Assembly (NCBI GenBank): GCA_963845755.1
Contig: CAWJTV010000044.1
Location: 32,001-96,000, forward strand
Reading direction: 5' to 3'
DNA: 64,000 bases
Source of the DNA: an uncultured Planctomycetota bacterium
Lineage (GTDB): Bacteria > Planctomycetota > Planctomycetia > Isosphaerales > Isosphaeraceae
In this document: positions 41,140-51,888 of the stretch, in pieces
Layout: each line of letters begins with the position of its first letter
How positions within the stretch are numbered: position 1 is the stretch's first letter
The notes under the pieces: model-generated
Seen by the model: the letters and a program-made list of their open reading frames with translations, nothing else
Database searches by the model: none
Told to the model about the DNA's origin: nothing
Position numbers and translations under genes: made by a program

Positions 41140-42216
41140 TCAGACGGCCACGCTGGCGTGCGCTGATCGAAGGGAATCCGCAATAGGCTTGCACCATCGA
41201 TTCAGTTCTTCTCGCACGACGGCAGGGAACCTAGTCCAGCGATCTGGCCACATCGCTTCTCTGGAATGCTGGATAGCCGCATCGACGTCGCCGTGGGTCG
41301 CGTAATGATCACCCAGGATCTTCTTGAGCCTAGCTTTCTCAGTCGTCTCGTCTAACCCAAACAGCTTGAGTTGGATCTTGATCTCTTGCTGGACGTACGG
41401 GCTGTCTGGGGGTGCGACATGGGGCCTTGGCCGGTTATAGTTGAATGCGTCCGGACCACTGGCTTGAACACGCTCCCATGGAGCAAGCTGAACCATACCT
41501 TCCCGCTTCCAGCGTTCCAGAATGCGGAACACATATGATTGGTCGATCTTGCCGCAACCGACCGCTTCAGAGAAAGCCGCTCCGATGTTCGACGCTGGGA
41601 ATCCAGAGTGTCCCATTCGGCGCACCCACTTATCCCAGGAGTCATCTCCCAAGACGCGCCGGATGTGCTCGGCAGCCCTTTCGTATTCCGGTCCAAGAAC
41701 GTCTGTGGGAGGAGGTGGTCCCTCCTCCTCTCTTTTTCGTTCATCTGAGTTAAGACTTCTACTTTGGGTGACATGGGTGACACCCCCGGGGAGACACGGA
41801 TGACACCCCCCGGGTGACTCTGGTGTCACCCTCCCATCAGATGAGGGTGACTCTGGTGTCACCCTCTTTTGCCTCCCGGGAAACCGGAAGTGGTAACGAT
41901 AGCCGGTCCGGTTTCGGGGGTCGTCTGGATCAGGCTTGGCGACCTCAGCCCTGACTATCAGCCCATGACACCCTTCGCCGAGTTTCTTGAGGGCGCGCTG
42001 AATCGTCCGCTCGTTCAGGCGAGTCCGTTCTTCGATCTTCTTGATAGTCGTCCACGCAGAGGTTGCGCCGCGGGGGCAGTATCGCAGGAACGCTGCCAAG
42101 ACGACGTATTCAGTAGGGGTGAGTTTTCCCTCGCTCACAAGGTCGAGAGCGATTTCCGGAATGGGGTCGAATTTGTAAGCGAGCTTGTTTTGCTCGGCAT
42201 GCTCTTGATCTTTCAT
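41140..42216 (-). CDS. Phage-type replication initiator (N-terminal wHTH, iteron-bearing linker, DnaD-like C-terminal domain)
   Basis: LTPTEYVVL...AWTTIKKIEERTRLNERTIQRALKKL; linker repeats RVTPESP; AFSEAV...YVFRILERWKREG. Confidence 0.75.
   Translation of the reverse strand: MKDQEHAEQNKLAYKFDPIPEIALDLVSEGKLTPTEYVVLAAFLRYCPRGATSAWTTIKKIEERTRLNERTIQRALKKLGEGCHGLIVRAEVAKPDPDDPRNRTGYRYHFRFPGRQKRVTPESPSSDGRVTPESPGGCHPCLPGGVTHVTQSRSLNSDERKREEEGPPPPTDVLGPEYERAAEHIRRVLGDDSWDKWVRRMGHSGFPASNIGAAFSEAVGCGKIDQSYVFRILERWKREGMVQLAPWERVQASGPDAFNYNRPRPHVAPPDSPYVQQEIKIQLKLFGLDETTEKARLKKILGDHYATHGDVDAAIQHSREAMWPDRWTRFPAVVREELNRWCKPIADSLRSAHASVAV
41766..41866. repeat. Four 22-bp partly palindromic iterons (putative ori)
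   Basis: gggtgacatgggtgacaccccc (41766), gggagacacggatgacaccccc (41789), and gggtgactctggtgtcaccctc twice, identical (41812 and 41845). Confidence 0.75.
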
Positions 42217-42364
42217 GGCACTCGCGTATGATGTGAGAGAATGGCACTCGCGTTTGGCCCGGGATCGTCTGGCAACGATCGCCGGGCCTTTTGTCTTAAG
42301 GGGCTGGCCGTAGCCAGCGACCAGCCCCACCGGTCGGAGCGCCGGGACCGGGTGGTTCAGTGTT

Positions 42365-42571
42365 TCAACGGCCGGTGCCCTGAGTCGCGAAGTAGAATCT
42401 CTCGACCTCGCTCCGCGTGGCCATCCAGATCCCCCCGCGACGAAATGCCTTGATCTTGTCCCCGCAGACGCCGATGGTCCGCCATCGGTATCGCGTCGTC
42501 GAAGGGATGTCCGGCAGGAGCTCCGAAAGTCGCTCGAACCGCTCCGCGTCGCAATTCGCAGTGTTCGCCAT
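42365..42571 (-). CDS. DUF1580-like small DNA-binding (excisionase/AlpA-like) protein
   Basis: PSTTRYRWRTIGVCGDKIKAFRRGGIWMATRSEVERF. Confidence 0.65.
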   Translation of the reverse strand: MANTANCDAERFERLSELLPDIPSTTRYRWRTIGVCGDKIKAFRRGGIWMATRSEVERFYFATQGTGR

Positions 42572-42683
42572 GTCTGTTGCGCCCTGTTGGTTCGGCCGAT
42601 TCGAGTTGACCGGCGATGGGAAAAAAAACCGAATGATCCCTCCATTGCTATATAGCAGAAGGCTCCTCATGTCGGCTCATGGC

Positions 42684-43658
42684 TTATGTGATCTCAAGCC
42701 GGCGCTTCAGGACGGCGATACATCGGGCCAAGGTCCGCTTGACGGTCGCTTCCGAGACGCCGAATTCCCAGGCGACCTTGACGTGGATCTTGCCGCCTGC
42801 GCCATCGAATCCGAAGCGAGCCCCGAGGATCTCCCAGTCCTCCTCGGTCATGTCGCCGTCCTGGATCGCCTCACGGATCGCTCGACCGATCTCGGGCGGA
42901 ACGACATCGCTCAGCGAGGTTCGCGCGATAAGAGTGGGGCGACCACCAACCCGCTGTGCGGCGTTCAGGTGCTCGTCGGCGAGCAGGGCGGCCTTTGCGG
43001 CATTGATCGGTCGCCTGTTGTTCTTCTTCTCCCGGAACATCGCCAGGATCGCGTTGACGATATACTTTCGGGCCAGGTGCTCGAATGGGCCGACCGCAGG
43101 GTCGAAGACCGATGCAGCCCGGCAGAGGGCGTCGTAAGCTTCGGCTATCATGTCCTCGTCATCCAGTCCCCTTTCGCGGAATCGGCGACCCAGGGCGATG
43201 TTGTGGGCGAGCTCCAGGTGGGCGCCCACGAGGGCCTGTTGATCCCCGGTAAGCCTATGGAAACCACCCTCGAAACCCTCCTCGGTGGTCGTCTCGTCGC
43301 CCCACTGATCGTCGCCGGCCGGCTTCCAATCGGTCTGCTCTCTCCGCCACCGCCTCATGAGATCGGGCGATGCCAGCTCCTCATCCTTGTCGCGAGGCCA
43401 CGTGGGATCGAATCGGTATCGCCGGGCCAAGGAAATGAAGAGCATGCCGTCCGTGTCATCCTCTTCCGTCGCGCCGACGAGATGACGGACGAGCCAGTGT
43501 TCGCAGTCCCCGGGTCGGAATACGGTCCCCCCTTCGTCCAGCTCCCGTTGCAGTACGACGTGGTCTCGTTCCTCGGGCGGAAGAACGGGCGGTATCCGCT
43601 CGTATGCCTTGCCGGCGGTCGCCTCGCTGGGATACCTCGCTCCGACGCACTTGCACAT
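42684..43658 (-). CDS. Sigma-70 family sigma factor with N-terminal extension
   Basis: Region 2 EDMIAEAYDALCRAASVFDPAVGPFEHLARKYIVNAI and region 4 EILGARFG...VAWEFGVSEATVKRTLARCIAVLK. Confidence 0.75.
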   Translation of the reverse strand: MCKCVGARYPSEATAGKAYERIPPVLPPEERDHVVLQRELDEGGTVFRPGDCEHWLVRHLVGATEEDDTDGMLFISLARRYRFDPTWPRDKDEELASPDLMRRWRREQTDWKPAGDDQWGDETTTEEGFEGGFHRLTGDQQALVGAHLELAHNIALGRRFRERGLDDEDMIAEAYDALCRAASVFDPAVGPFEHLARKYIVNAILAMFREKKNNRRPINAAKAALLADEHLNAAQRVGGRPTLIARTSLSDVVPPEIGRAIREAIQDGDMTEEDWEILGARFGFDGAGGKIHVKVAWEFGVSEATVKRTLARCIAVLKRRLEIT

Positions 43659-43762
43659 GTTAGCCTCTAGGAGATGACCGCCGCGCGCAGCCCGATCGAG
43701 CCTGCGCGGCGGGGTAGAAGGAAAGGGCGTTGCATCACCATGAAGGGTCGTTGATGGTGACG

Positions 43763-44131
43763 CTACAGTCGAAGCGCGGAAATCTCGGCATCGACCCGCG
43801 CCAACTCGGCGCGCCGGGTCTTCGTCATGGGAGCCGGCTCGATTTCGGCCTCATCCTCGCCCAATGCGGCGGCCGTGAGGCGTCTCAGGAATCGCTCGAT
43901 GGCTTCCTCGGTCGTTTTCCAGCCGCCGGGAAACCGGATCGCTTCGAGCCGGATGAACTGATTGGGGCCAACGCGGACTCCGTGGACAATCCAGCGCGTC
44001 AGTGTCGCGGGATGCACTGGCCTATCGCCCCGAGATGGGCTGAAGAGCGCGGCCGCCTGAGAGAGATTGAGTTGTGCGCGCAAGTTTGACGTCTCCGTGC
44101 GTTGCGGTTTTTGACTCCTTCGCGTGATCAT
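43763..44131 (-). CDS. DUF1580 domain excisionase-like protein
   Basis: LSQAAALFSPSRGDRPVHPATLTRWIVHGV...RLEAIRFPGGWKTTEEAIERF. Confidence 0.8.
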   Translation of the reverse strand: MITRRSQKPQRTETSNLRAQLNLSQAAALFSPSRGDRPVHPATLTRWIVHGVRVGPNQFIRLEAIRFPGGWKTTEEAIERFLRRLTAAALGEDEAEIEPAPMTKTRRAELARVDAEISALRL

Positions 44132-44295
44132 TAGCCACACTTCGCGGGTACTGTTCCTCTGTCCCCACGGGGAGTCTAACACCTTTAAAACGCAATGGAA
44201 TAGTTGCATTCGCAGACCCGGTGTGTTCTCGAAAGATTCCGTGTTTCCACTGACAAGAAACGAGTAAGGTTTGCGAGGATGTGATTGAAAAATGA

Positions 44296-44318
44296 GAAAA
44301 CCCGGCCGGAGCCGGGTT
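44296..44318 (-). terminator. Rho-independent terminator
   Basis: Minus strand AACCCGGC-TCCG-GCCGGGTT followed by TTCTCATTTTT, just after the 44349 gene. Confidence 0.65.
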
Positions 44319-44348
44319 GGGTAGGAGGCGGGATCAAGATGTAGAATC

Positions 44349-44651
44349 CTACCTCTTGGCGGCCTTCTTGGAGCGGGGGGCCTTGGGCGCCGGAGCCTCG
44401 ACGGGCCGCGGATTCTCTCGCTTGAAGACATCGGCGGAGGGCTCGATCTTGATCGCAAAATTAAGATCTACATGTGGGTCCATTCCAGGGAACTCGTTCA
44501 GGCTGAACTCGATTTGTCCCGAGTCGGTCCTGACACATGCGACCATCCCGACGGCGCGGAACGTGTCCGTGAGTACCAGTTCAAGGGCATGCGTCATATC
44601 GGCGATGTTCGCGATCGAACCCGTGGCGAAAGGCGGAATCAGGGCCTTCAT
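44349..44651 (-). CDS. Hypothetical protein
   Basis: GGAGG RBS, 100-aa ORF, followed by a terminator. Confidence 0.6.
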   Translation of the reverse strand: MKALIPPFATGSIANIADMTHALELVLTDTFRAVGMVACVRTDSGQIEFSLNEFPGMDPHVDLNFAIKIEPSADVFKRENPRPVEAPAPKAPRSKKAAKR

Positions 44652-44850
44652 AGTGCTACCTCCCTCGGTGTGAGACTCGGCGTCAGGTCGAACATCGACC
44701 CGACAAAAGTAGTCTAGACCACGCGCCATATCTCTGTCAAGGGTGTAAATTTAAAAATTTTTTGATCACTTGATCGAATAATCGGTTGGCAAACTGATCA
44801 GTTTTTTTCCGTCTCCGGTTGGTTCTTCGGCTCGACGTGCCTCCGGCAAA

Positions 44851-46009
44851 TCAGCCGATCTTTTGGGCAATCTCGACGGCGAGATTCAGGTTTCTCTCGG
44901 CGTAAACCTGGGTGACGTCGGCTTTCGAGTGACCAAGTAGGACTTGAGCCGCTTCAAGTCCGTGCTCCCGGCGAACGCGGGTGGCGTAGGCATGCCTGAT
45001 TTGGTTCGGCCTGAAGACGGGGATTCCAGCCTTTCGGCATCCCGCTTCGATGGCGTGGGCGTAGGACTGACGCTCGTAGAAGAGACCGGGCTTCCGCTTC
45101 GGATTCCGACGTCGGCGGTTTCGCTGGGAAGGCTGGACTGGCGTCTTCCGGCGGGAGCGGATCTCGTCTCGAAATGCCGCCATGGACTCGGCTGGTGAAA
45201 AGATGGGGGCGTCGGGATCGGCCTTCAGGAGACCTTCCAGGAGTGCCCGTGCTCGCGGGCCAAGGGGGATGACACGATCCTTGTCGCGATGGAGATTCTT
45301 GTGCTGTCGCGGCGAGTAAATCCACGGATCAACGGTCCGGTCAATCTGACCAGTCGTGATCAGGCGAGCTTCTTGCGGTCGCATGCCCGTCAACCGTTGC
45401 AGCTCGATCATTCCTCGGATCGTCGGCGGGACATGCGGTAGGACAGCCTCGATATCGGCCTCGGGCACCGGCTTGACCTTTCTCGAGGGTTTCACGGCGT
45501 CACGGCCGACGCGGAGCCCGGCAACCGCCTCGATCCGTTGGAGCGAATCAGCCGGGAGCATCTCGTTCTCGACGCCCCAGGCCACCATACGGCGAATGAC
45601 GCCCATCCTGTCACGGATCGTCGTGATGGATAGGCCGCTCTCGATCATCTTGAGCCGGATCGCCTTGAACGCCACGCTGCCGAACTTGGCCGCTGGCGTG
45701 TTGCCGTAGAGTTCCCTGGCTGCCTTCAGGGCCAGCCGATATTTGTCATCGACCTTCACTATGGTCGAATGCAAATGTGAGTGGTAGCCAATAACCAGCT
45801 CTTTGACCAGGAGTTCGTCGGAGCGCCTTCTCGCGATCCGGCATGCGCCGCCCACGGGCCATCCACTCGGCGATGAGTCGATCGTATTCGGCCCGAGACT
45901 GGGGAGTGTTCCACTTTCCCAGGTAGAAATCTACGCCGTTCAGAGTGACCACGGCTTGGCCGCTGGCGCGGTGGCGTCGGTAGGACGGGATGAATGCTTG
46001 TTGCGACAT
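44851..46009 (-). CDS. Tyrosine recombinase/integrase (frameshift near 45830)
   Basis: N-terminal PSYRRHRASGQAVVTLNGVDFYLG; catalytic motifs TGMRPQE, HK, NQIRH, LLGHS and TQVY. Confidence 0.93.
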
Positions 46010-46129
46010 TGCATGCCTCATTGCTTGAGATCCTTCGGTAGTTCTACCGTTTGGAGCATCAAGATAAGGCTATTGTAGCAGGTCAAGGTGCATGTCGCAA
46101 ATCGCCAAGACGCTTCGAGTTGCGTCTTA

Positions 46130-46202
46130 AGCCACCTCTCGGACTCGAACCGAGGACCCCAGCTTTACGAAAGCTGTGCTCTACCGACTGAGCTAAGGTG
46201 GC
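46130..46202 (-). tRNA. tRNA-Thr(CGT), integration target
   Basis: GCCACCTTAGCTCAGTCGGTAGAGCACAGCTTTCGTAAAGCTGGGGTCCTCGGTTCGAGTCCGAGAGGTGGCT folds as a cloverleaf with anticodon CGT. Confidence 0.96.
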
Positions 46203-46300
46203 GGCTGAGTGAGGGGAACGGCCCAACCCCTCAAATCGACACTGTTCACAGTAAAGGCGGGGCGATAGGGTGTCAAGGTCGAGCCGAAGGTGACTCGCCA

Positions 46301-49157
46301 TCAGCGCCCTGGAGCTTCCGGTGCTCGGACCGCACCTGTGTCGCGAAGACGCCAAAGACCCACGATGGCCAAGACCTGGGCCAGAATCAACGGCAGGAAT
46401 TGAACGAATCGCCAGCGCGGAGCCAGTCGATCGAACCAGCTCGATGCGCAGGGAGACCAGATTACGACTGAATTGCTCGCCGTAACGCCAACTAGGAGCC
46501 GGGTCCCGACCCGTCCAGAGCGGCCAGACCTGCTGGGCAAGCGGCTCGGCCAGGGGCCGTTGTTGACCGCGATCGTCGATCCCCTCATGAGGAATGCGCC
46601 CGCCGGCTCCCTGGAACAAGAGCATCTCGACTCCACCGATTAGCGCGAGACTGATCCCGACCATGGTCGCCGCTCTCGCCCAGCGCGACGAGCCCGCCAG
46701 GAGGCCGGCGACCGGGATCATCGCGAACGGGATCAGAGGCACAAGCAGCCGCGGGCCCGTCGCCCATCCGCCCGTCCATTCCGGATAGCTCAGGTTCACC
46801 AGGAAGATCGCCACGACCACGAGCATCGAGATCATCGCCAGGCTCCGCCGACGATTCACCATCAAGACGACCCAGCCCGGCGCCGCCAGGATCAAGATCG
46901 GCGCATAGAACAACAGTCCGCGGTAACGACCCCAGAGCAGGGGACCCAGCTTCCGCCAGTCCGGCCCCATCAAGCCCAGCGGGTTGTTGCGGTTGTGGAC
47001 CCTGGCAAATTCCTCGGTCGCATGATGGAAGTATCCCATGTCCCAGGGAGAATGGAACGCGATCTGATTGTAACCCAGGAGCAGGAGGGTCGGTATCAGG
47101 GCTCCCAGGGCGAAGAGGGAGAGGCGGTCGAAACGGCGATGGCCGCCTATCCACTGCACCATCAGATAAAGTCCTAGAATGACCGAGACCGGCGCGAGCT
47201 GAAGCTCGATGACCGAAGCATAAGCCGCCAGGAACCCCGCGAGGACCACTCTCAACCCTTCGACCTCTGGTCCCTTCGTCCAGAGGAGGAGAAACGCGCT
47301 CAGAAGCATGAACGCCGAGGCCTGGTGACCATAGGCAAGCGTCGCATAGACATAGGCCGGGGTCGAAAGACCATAAGCCAGGCCGACCAGGACGGCCGCA
47401 CGGGGCGTACATCCCAGGTCACGTGCCAGCATCACCAATAACGACGCGGCGCCGGCGGTGAGAAGACCTGATGTCCCCAGCGTGATCCAGTAGTCCGGCC
47501 ACCAATGGGCGATCGGGCCGGAGTCGAGCGGGTGACTCGGTAGATCGAAGGCCCATTTGGCGTATGAATAGGGCAGGGACGCCAGGAGCGAGTAGCCCGG
47601 GAGCTTATCCGAATAGAACCGTCCCTCGAATTCGGCCTTGTCGCCAGTCTGCTGATCCAGACCGGTGATCGAAACCGTGGCACGGTCAACCATCGCGTAA
47701 GTGAGCATGAGCCGGCTCGCGGTATTCCAATCGCGCGAATGCCAGAAGAATGCGTAGCTGCTCCACAGGATGACGAAGACCCAGACTGCCGGGGCATAGA
47801 GCTTGCTCCAGGCCGCCTGAAGGGGATCCCGGAGCCGATCCCAGATCGCCGAAACTCCGACCGCGGCCAGCAGCGCGTTCGGGGCCTGGATCGGCAGGAG
47901 ATAACGGTCCCAGGCCATCGGCAGATACGCCGCCACGACGCACCAGGCCACCACGGCCCAGATCAGCAAAGCAAAGGCCGTCGGTGGCAGACCTTCCCGG
48001 ACTTGATTCCGACCGAGTCGGATGGTGTTCACCAAGCCGAAGAGGACCAGGGGCCACCAGAGGACCGCCCCCCAATCTTGGCGCCCCTCGAAGCGCACCT
48101 TGGAATTCGATTCGCTCGGTCCGAACGGACCAAATCGTCCGAATCCCTGCGTGACGAAGACCTTAGCCCTGTCGGGCATTGTCTTGAGCGCATCGTCGGG
48201 GAAGCTTTTTTGCTGGCCCGCCGAGCTCTCGAGGCGATAGTCGATCATGCGACGGGACCGCTGCCAGAGGTTCTCATGCGGTTTAGCGATGCACCAGGGG
48301 TTGAGACGCCCCTGGGGTTTGGCCGTCATCGCGGGATTTAGAGCGATGAAGACCGCGAGGGCAATGGCCGCAATCCCCGCGGCCGCGCCGAACACGGCCA
48401 TTTGTCGCAACGGCGCCAAACGTGGAGCGATCAGCGCCACGGTTCCCCAGCAACCGATGACGATCAGCCCGAGCACGCCGTTGAACTTGCAAAGGATCGA
48501 CAGGCCGGCGGCGATCCCCGCTAATGCGAGAAGCAGGAGACTCCCTGGCCGGAAACGGCGGGACCAGATCCGCTGGATCGCGCATAGGGCCAGTCCCAGA
48601 GCCGCGATGAGAAACGCTTCGTAGGGGACTTCGGACATCGCGCGGTGTGCGTGGAGAGCATAAAGCGGATTGAGCATCAGCAGGACTGCGGCGATCGTAC
48701 CGACGCGCCGATCCTTGACCAAAACGCCGCAACCGAAGAGGGCGACGCAGCCCAGGGCTCCCAGGAAGGGGATCGGAATGCGCGCAGCAGTCAGGGTGTC
48801 GCGGTCGCCGAACTGATAGTGGGTGTTCGGATACCACTTCGCCGCATCCGACGGTCCGGGCATGCGAAGGTGGGCCGCCCGCAAACTGGCCCCGATCAGG
48901 TATTTCGGCACCGGCTGGAGGTCAAAGGCGAAGAGGTCCAGCCAGTCGGGATGGTTGAACTGTCCGCCGAAGAACCAGTCGGCATAGTAGCTCTGCGTGA
49001 TATAAGCGTATTCATCCACGAACGAGTCTGCAAAGAGGCTCGTCGCGTAAAGCGCCAGCGCCAGTAACCCGAGGACCGCGGCCCGTCGCGGCAGGTACGT
49101 TGCGGACTGCGGGGAGTTTGTCGAGCGTGCACGGTGCTCGGGTGGCGTAAACCCCAT
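46301..49157 (-). CDS. ArnT/PMT (GT39-like) membrane glycosyltransferase with two GT-C-type halves (frameshift near 46440)
   Basis: FVDEYAYI, PVPKYLIG, HRAMSE, CKFNG and DRYLLP; second half SRLMLT, SDKLPG and GPRLLVP. The true C-terminus is in ORF 46301-. Confidence 0.8.
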
Positions 49158-49593
49158 GTGCAAGAGAAGCCTTGAGAGATTTAGCGGCTACGCAGCAAAG
49201 ACTTAAAGTCCCATTCTAGATTTAGGTCGGTTTCTTTGGCAACGGTGCGATCATCGGCTAAGTTTCATCGACGGCCCTTTGCGATGGGGTCGTCCTTGAG
49301 GTTCCATACCCCTGCGTCGATTGGGCGAACTGGTCGATCGTGCGAGCCGGCCGCGGGTCTCCGGGAAATCGGTGACGAGGTGAGAGAACGGCGGGCTCAG
49401 CCATCGGATCACCCTCTCGCCGCTCCTGGGAACGATCACCGAACGTTGAGCCGGCACCCCGAGCGTCCCGAAGTGCATCATCCCCTACGGTCGCTCTCAT
49501 GGCTTGGAGACTCGACTGGGCGGGGCTCGACTCGCGTCGTGAGCGACGACCGTCGATGATGCGCGCGGCGGTGTCCAAGAACAGGAGAATCGA

Positions 49594-51284
49594 ATGACCT
49601 TTCATCTGGACTGGTTGAAGATCGGTAGGGCGACTCGCGGCACGCCACGACGGTTCCGGACCGGTCGAGGCCGTATCTTCGCGATCGCGCTGATGGGCAG
49701 CATGGCGGTGCTTCAGTCGGGCTGCCAGTCAGGCTCGTTGAGCAATTGCAGAATGTTCAGCCCGTGCGGCTTCCTGGCTCGCACGACGAACCGGATCCTC
49801 CACCGAGATAAGGGCTGTTGCGGTTCCACGGCCGTTTCCGACGGCGTGGTCGATTACGGGCGCCGGCGGGCGTCCTGTCACCTGCCCCGGGCTCCATCCC
49901 ATCCTACTCATCGGGTGGACCGATCGGAACAACACCCTCGACTGTGTCGCCGCCGGCGATCGATAATCCTTCGAACCTCGAGGAAGTACCGAAGGCCAAA
50001 TCGGTCCCACTGCCCAGCGGTGGCGGGGCGACTTCGAGCACGGGCTCGGGGGCCAAGAACACCAGTTATTTTGCCCGCCGCAACAGCACGCCCTTGGCGA
50101 TGCGAGCCGGTCGCAACCCGAGGGGCATGGCGGCCTCGACGCCTGATCCGGCCACGCGGCCGGTTCCGGCGTCCGCCCGTCCCTCAACGGCCGAGCCGGC
50201 CGGCGCCGATAACGACTTACTCGATCATCTGCCGCCGCTGGACTTGCCGGGCGAGGTGACGAAGTCGGCGACCTCGCCACCGAGCCCGCCCGCCGCGCCG
50301 GCCGAGGCGAAAGCCTCGGGCGCGGCGCCGGACGATCGTACGACGCAGCGCGATCCCGACGAGGCGGCAGCCGATGTCCGTCTGACGGTCGCGCCCGAGC
50401 CCGTGCCGGACTCCGCGTCGGCGGCCGGCATCGGGATCGCACGGTTTGCGTCCGTCAACCTCAAACTGGCCGGCGGAGGCCTCCCCTCGGCGGCCGGGTT
50501 GACCTGGCTCGTCGAGAAGGGTTACCGGACGCTGGTGGACCTCCGGGAATCACCCGAGGTCTCTCCCTCGTTCATCACCAGCGTCGCGAACCGGGGACTT
50601 CGGTACGTGGCGCTCCCCATCAATCTCAAGACCATTGACACCAAAGACGTTGCACGATTCAACTTCGAGGTCGGCGCCGACGACGCGCGGCCCTTATTCT
50701 TCTTCGACTCCGACGGATCCCGACCCGGGGCCCTCTGGTACATCCGCCGCCTGACCGTTGACCAGGTCGACCCCCAACTCGCACGCCGCGAAGCCGAGGA
50801 GCTCGGCCTGCTGGACAAGACGGCCTGGCTCGCCACAACTCAATACGTGGAAAAACGCAACGCCGATCTGGCTCATCCCGAGTCTGCCCGGTCCGGCGCG
50901 ACCAACACGTCCTCCCAGACAGAATCCAAAGATCATGCGGCCTCTGCCGACCGAGATCGAGGTGACGAAATCCCAGCGATCATGGCGGCGACCGCCGACA
51001 ACGCGCCCACGCCGACAGCCGGACAATCCAGGTCAACGGATGCCAATCGGCGCACCTCCGATCCGATCGGCGACGAGGGGAAACCCGTGGACAAGACAGA
51101 CTCGCTCCCGATGCGAGATACGCTCGTGTGGCGGCCGCTGGCGGCCGTGCTGCTCACGGGATTGAGCGTCCCCCTGGTTTACTGGACGCGGACCGCCGTG
51201 CCAGCCGTGATTTCCAGGGCTCGGGCCAGTCTGCCTGCACCGGGGCTTCGACCACGATCGCTTCCCCTCGAATCGGGTGATTGA
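49594..51284 (+). CDS. Planctomycete lipoprotein-like protein with phosphatase-like (DUF442/DSP-fold) domain (frameshift near 49860)
   Basis: LQSGC lipobox, Pro/Ser-rich linker, LAGGGLPSAAGLTWLVEKGYRTLVDLRE, RPLFFFDSDGSRPGALW (no catalytic Cys) and a C-terminal TM helix. Confidence 0.65.
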
Positions 51285-51888
51285 ACGTCAATTCTCGGGC
51301 GTGCAACGCAATCCTTGCCCGACCGTCCCGCGCCATGATCCGTGTCGTCGCTCCATATTTCGCGTCGCCCACGATCGGCAAACCGCGCCGCGCCAACTGC
51401 ACCCTGAGCTGATGACTTCGGCCTGTCCTCGGCCGCAACTCGACCTTCGTCGCATCAGCCCACCGTTCCACCACTCGAAATGTGACGCAAGCGTCCTTCC
51501 CCTCCGAGTCCCCCTCCTCAGCAATCCAAGATCGGTTGATCCGCCGGTCCTTCTGGACTCGATCGATCCATTCCCCCTCGTTCTCCCCAGGCCCACCCTC
51601 GACAATCGCCCAGTAGACCTTTGCGATCGTCCCCGCGCGAAACTGCGCGGAAAGCCGCCCGGCCGCCTTGCTGGTCTTCGCAATCAGCACCACCCCGGAC
51701 GTCGGCTGGTCGAGCCGATGGAGCAGCCCGACATAGACGTTCCCCGGCTTCTCGTACCGTTCCTTGAGATAACGGCTCACGACGTCAACCAGGCTTTCCG
51801 AGCCCGTATCATCCCGTTGCGAGGGCAAGCCGGCCGGCTTGTTGATCGCCAGACAATGATTATCTTCGAACAGCATGTCGAGGTTCAT
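51154..51888 (-). CDS. RluA family pseudouridine synthase
   Basis: NKPAGL, LHRLDQPTSG, TGRSHQLRVQLA, PIVGDAKYG and LHA; ATGA coupling to truD. Confidence 0.93.
   Translation of the reverse strand: MNLDMLFEDNHCLAINKPAGLPSQRDDTGSESLVDVVSRYLKERYEKPGNVYVGLLHRLDQPTSGVVLIAKTSKAAGRLSAQFRAGTIAKVYWAIVEGGPGENEGEWIDRVQKDRRINRSWIAEEGDSEGKDACVTFRVVERWADATKVELRPRTGRSHQLRVQLARRGLPIVGDAKYGATTRIMARDGRARIALHARELTFNHPIRGEAIVVEAPVQADWPEPWKSRLARRSASSKPGGRSIP

Larger units (their letters stand above)
33871..46171 (-). mobile_element. 12.3-kb tRNA-Thr-integrated element (phage satellite/PICI-like or reduced prophage)
   Basis: 43-bp att direct repeats, a tyrosine integrase next to the tRNA, and xis-like, rep, TAC/TMP-like and TerS-like genes, all on the minus strand. 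Confidence 0.9.

Noticed and set aside
46083..46300. C-terminal extension of the 1026-aa ORF across the tRNA
   Set aside because: Artefact of a frameshift near 46440; the true hydrophobic C-terminus ends at 46301.
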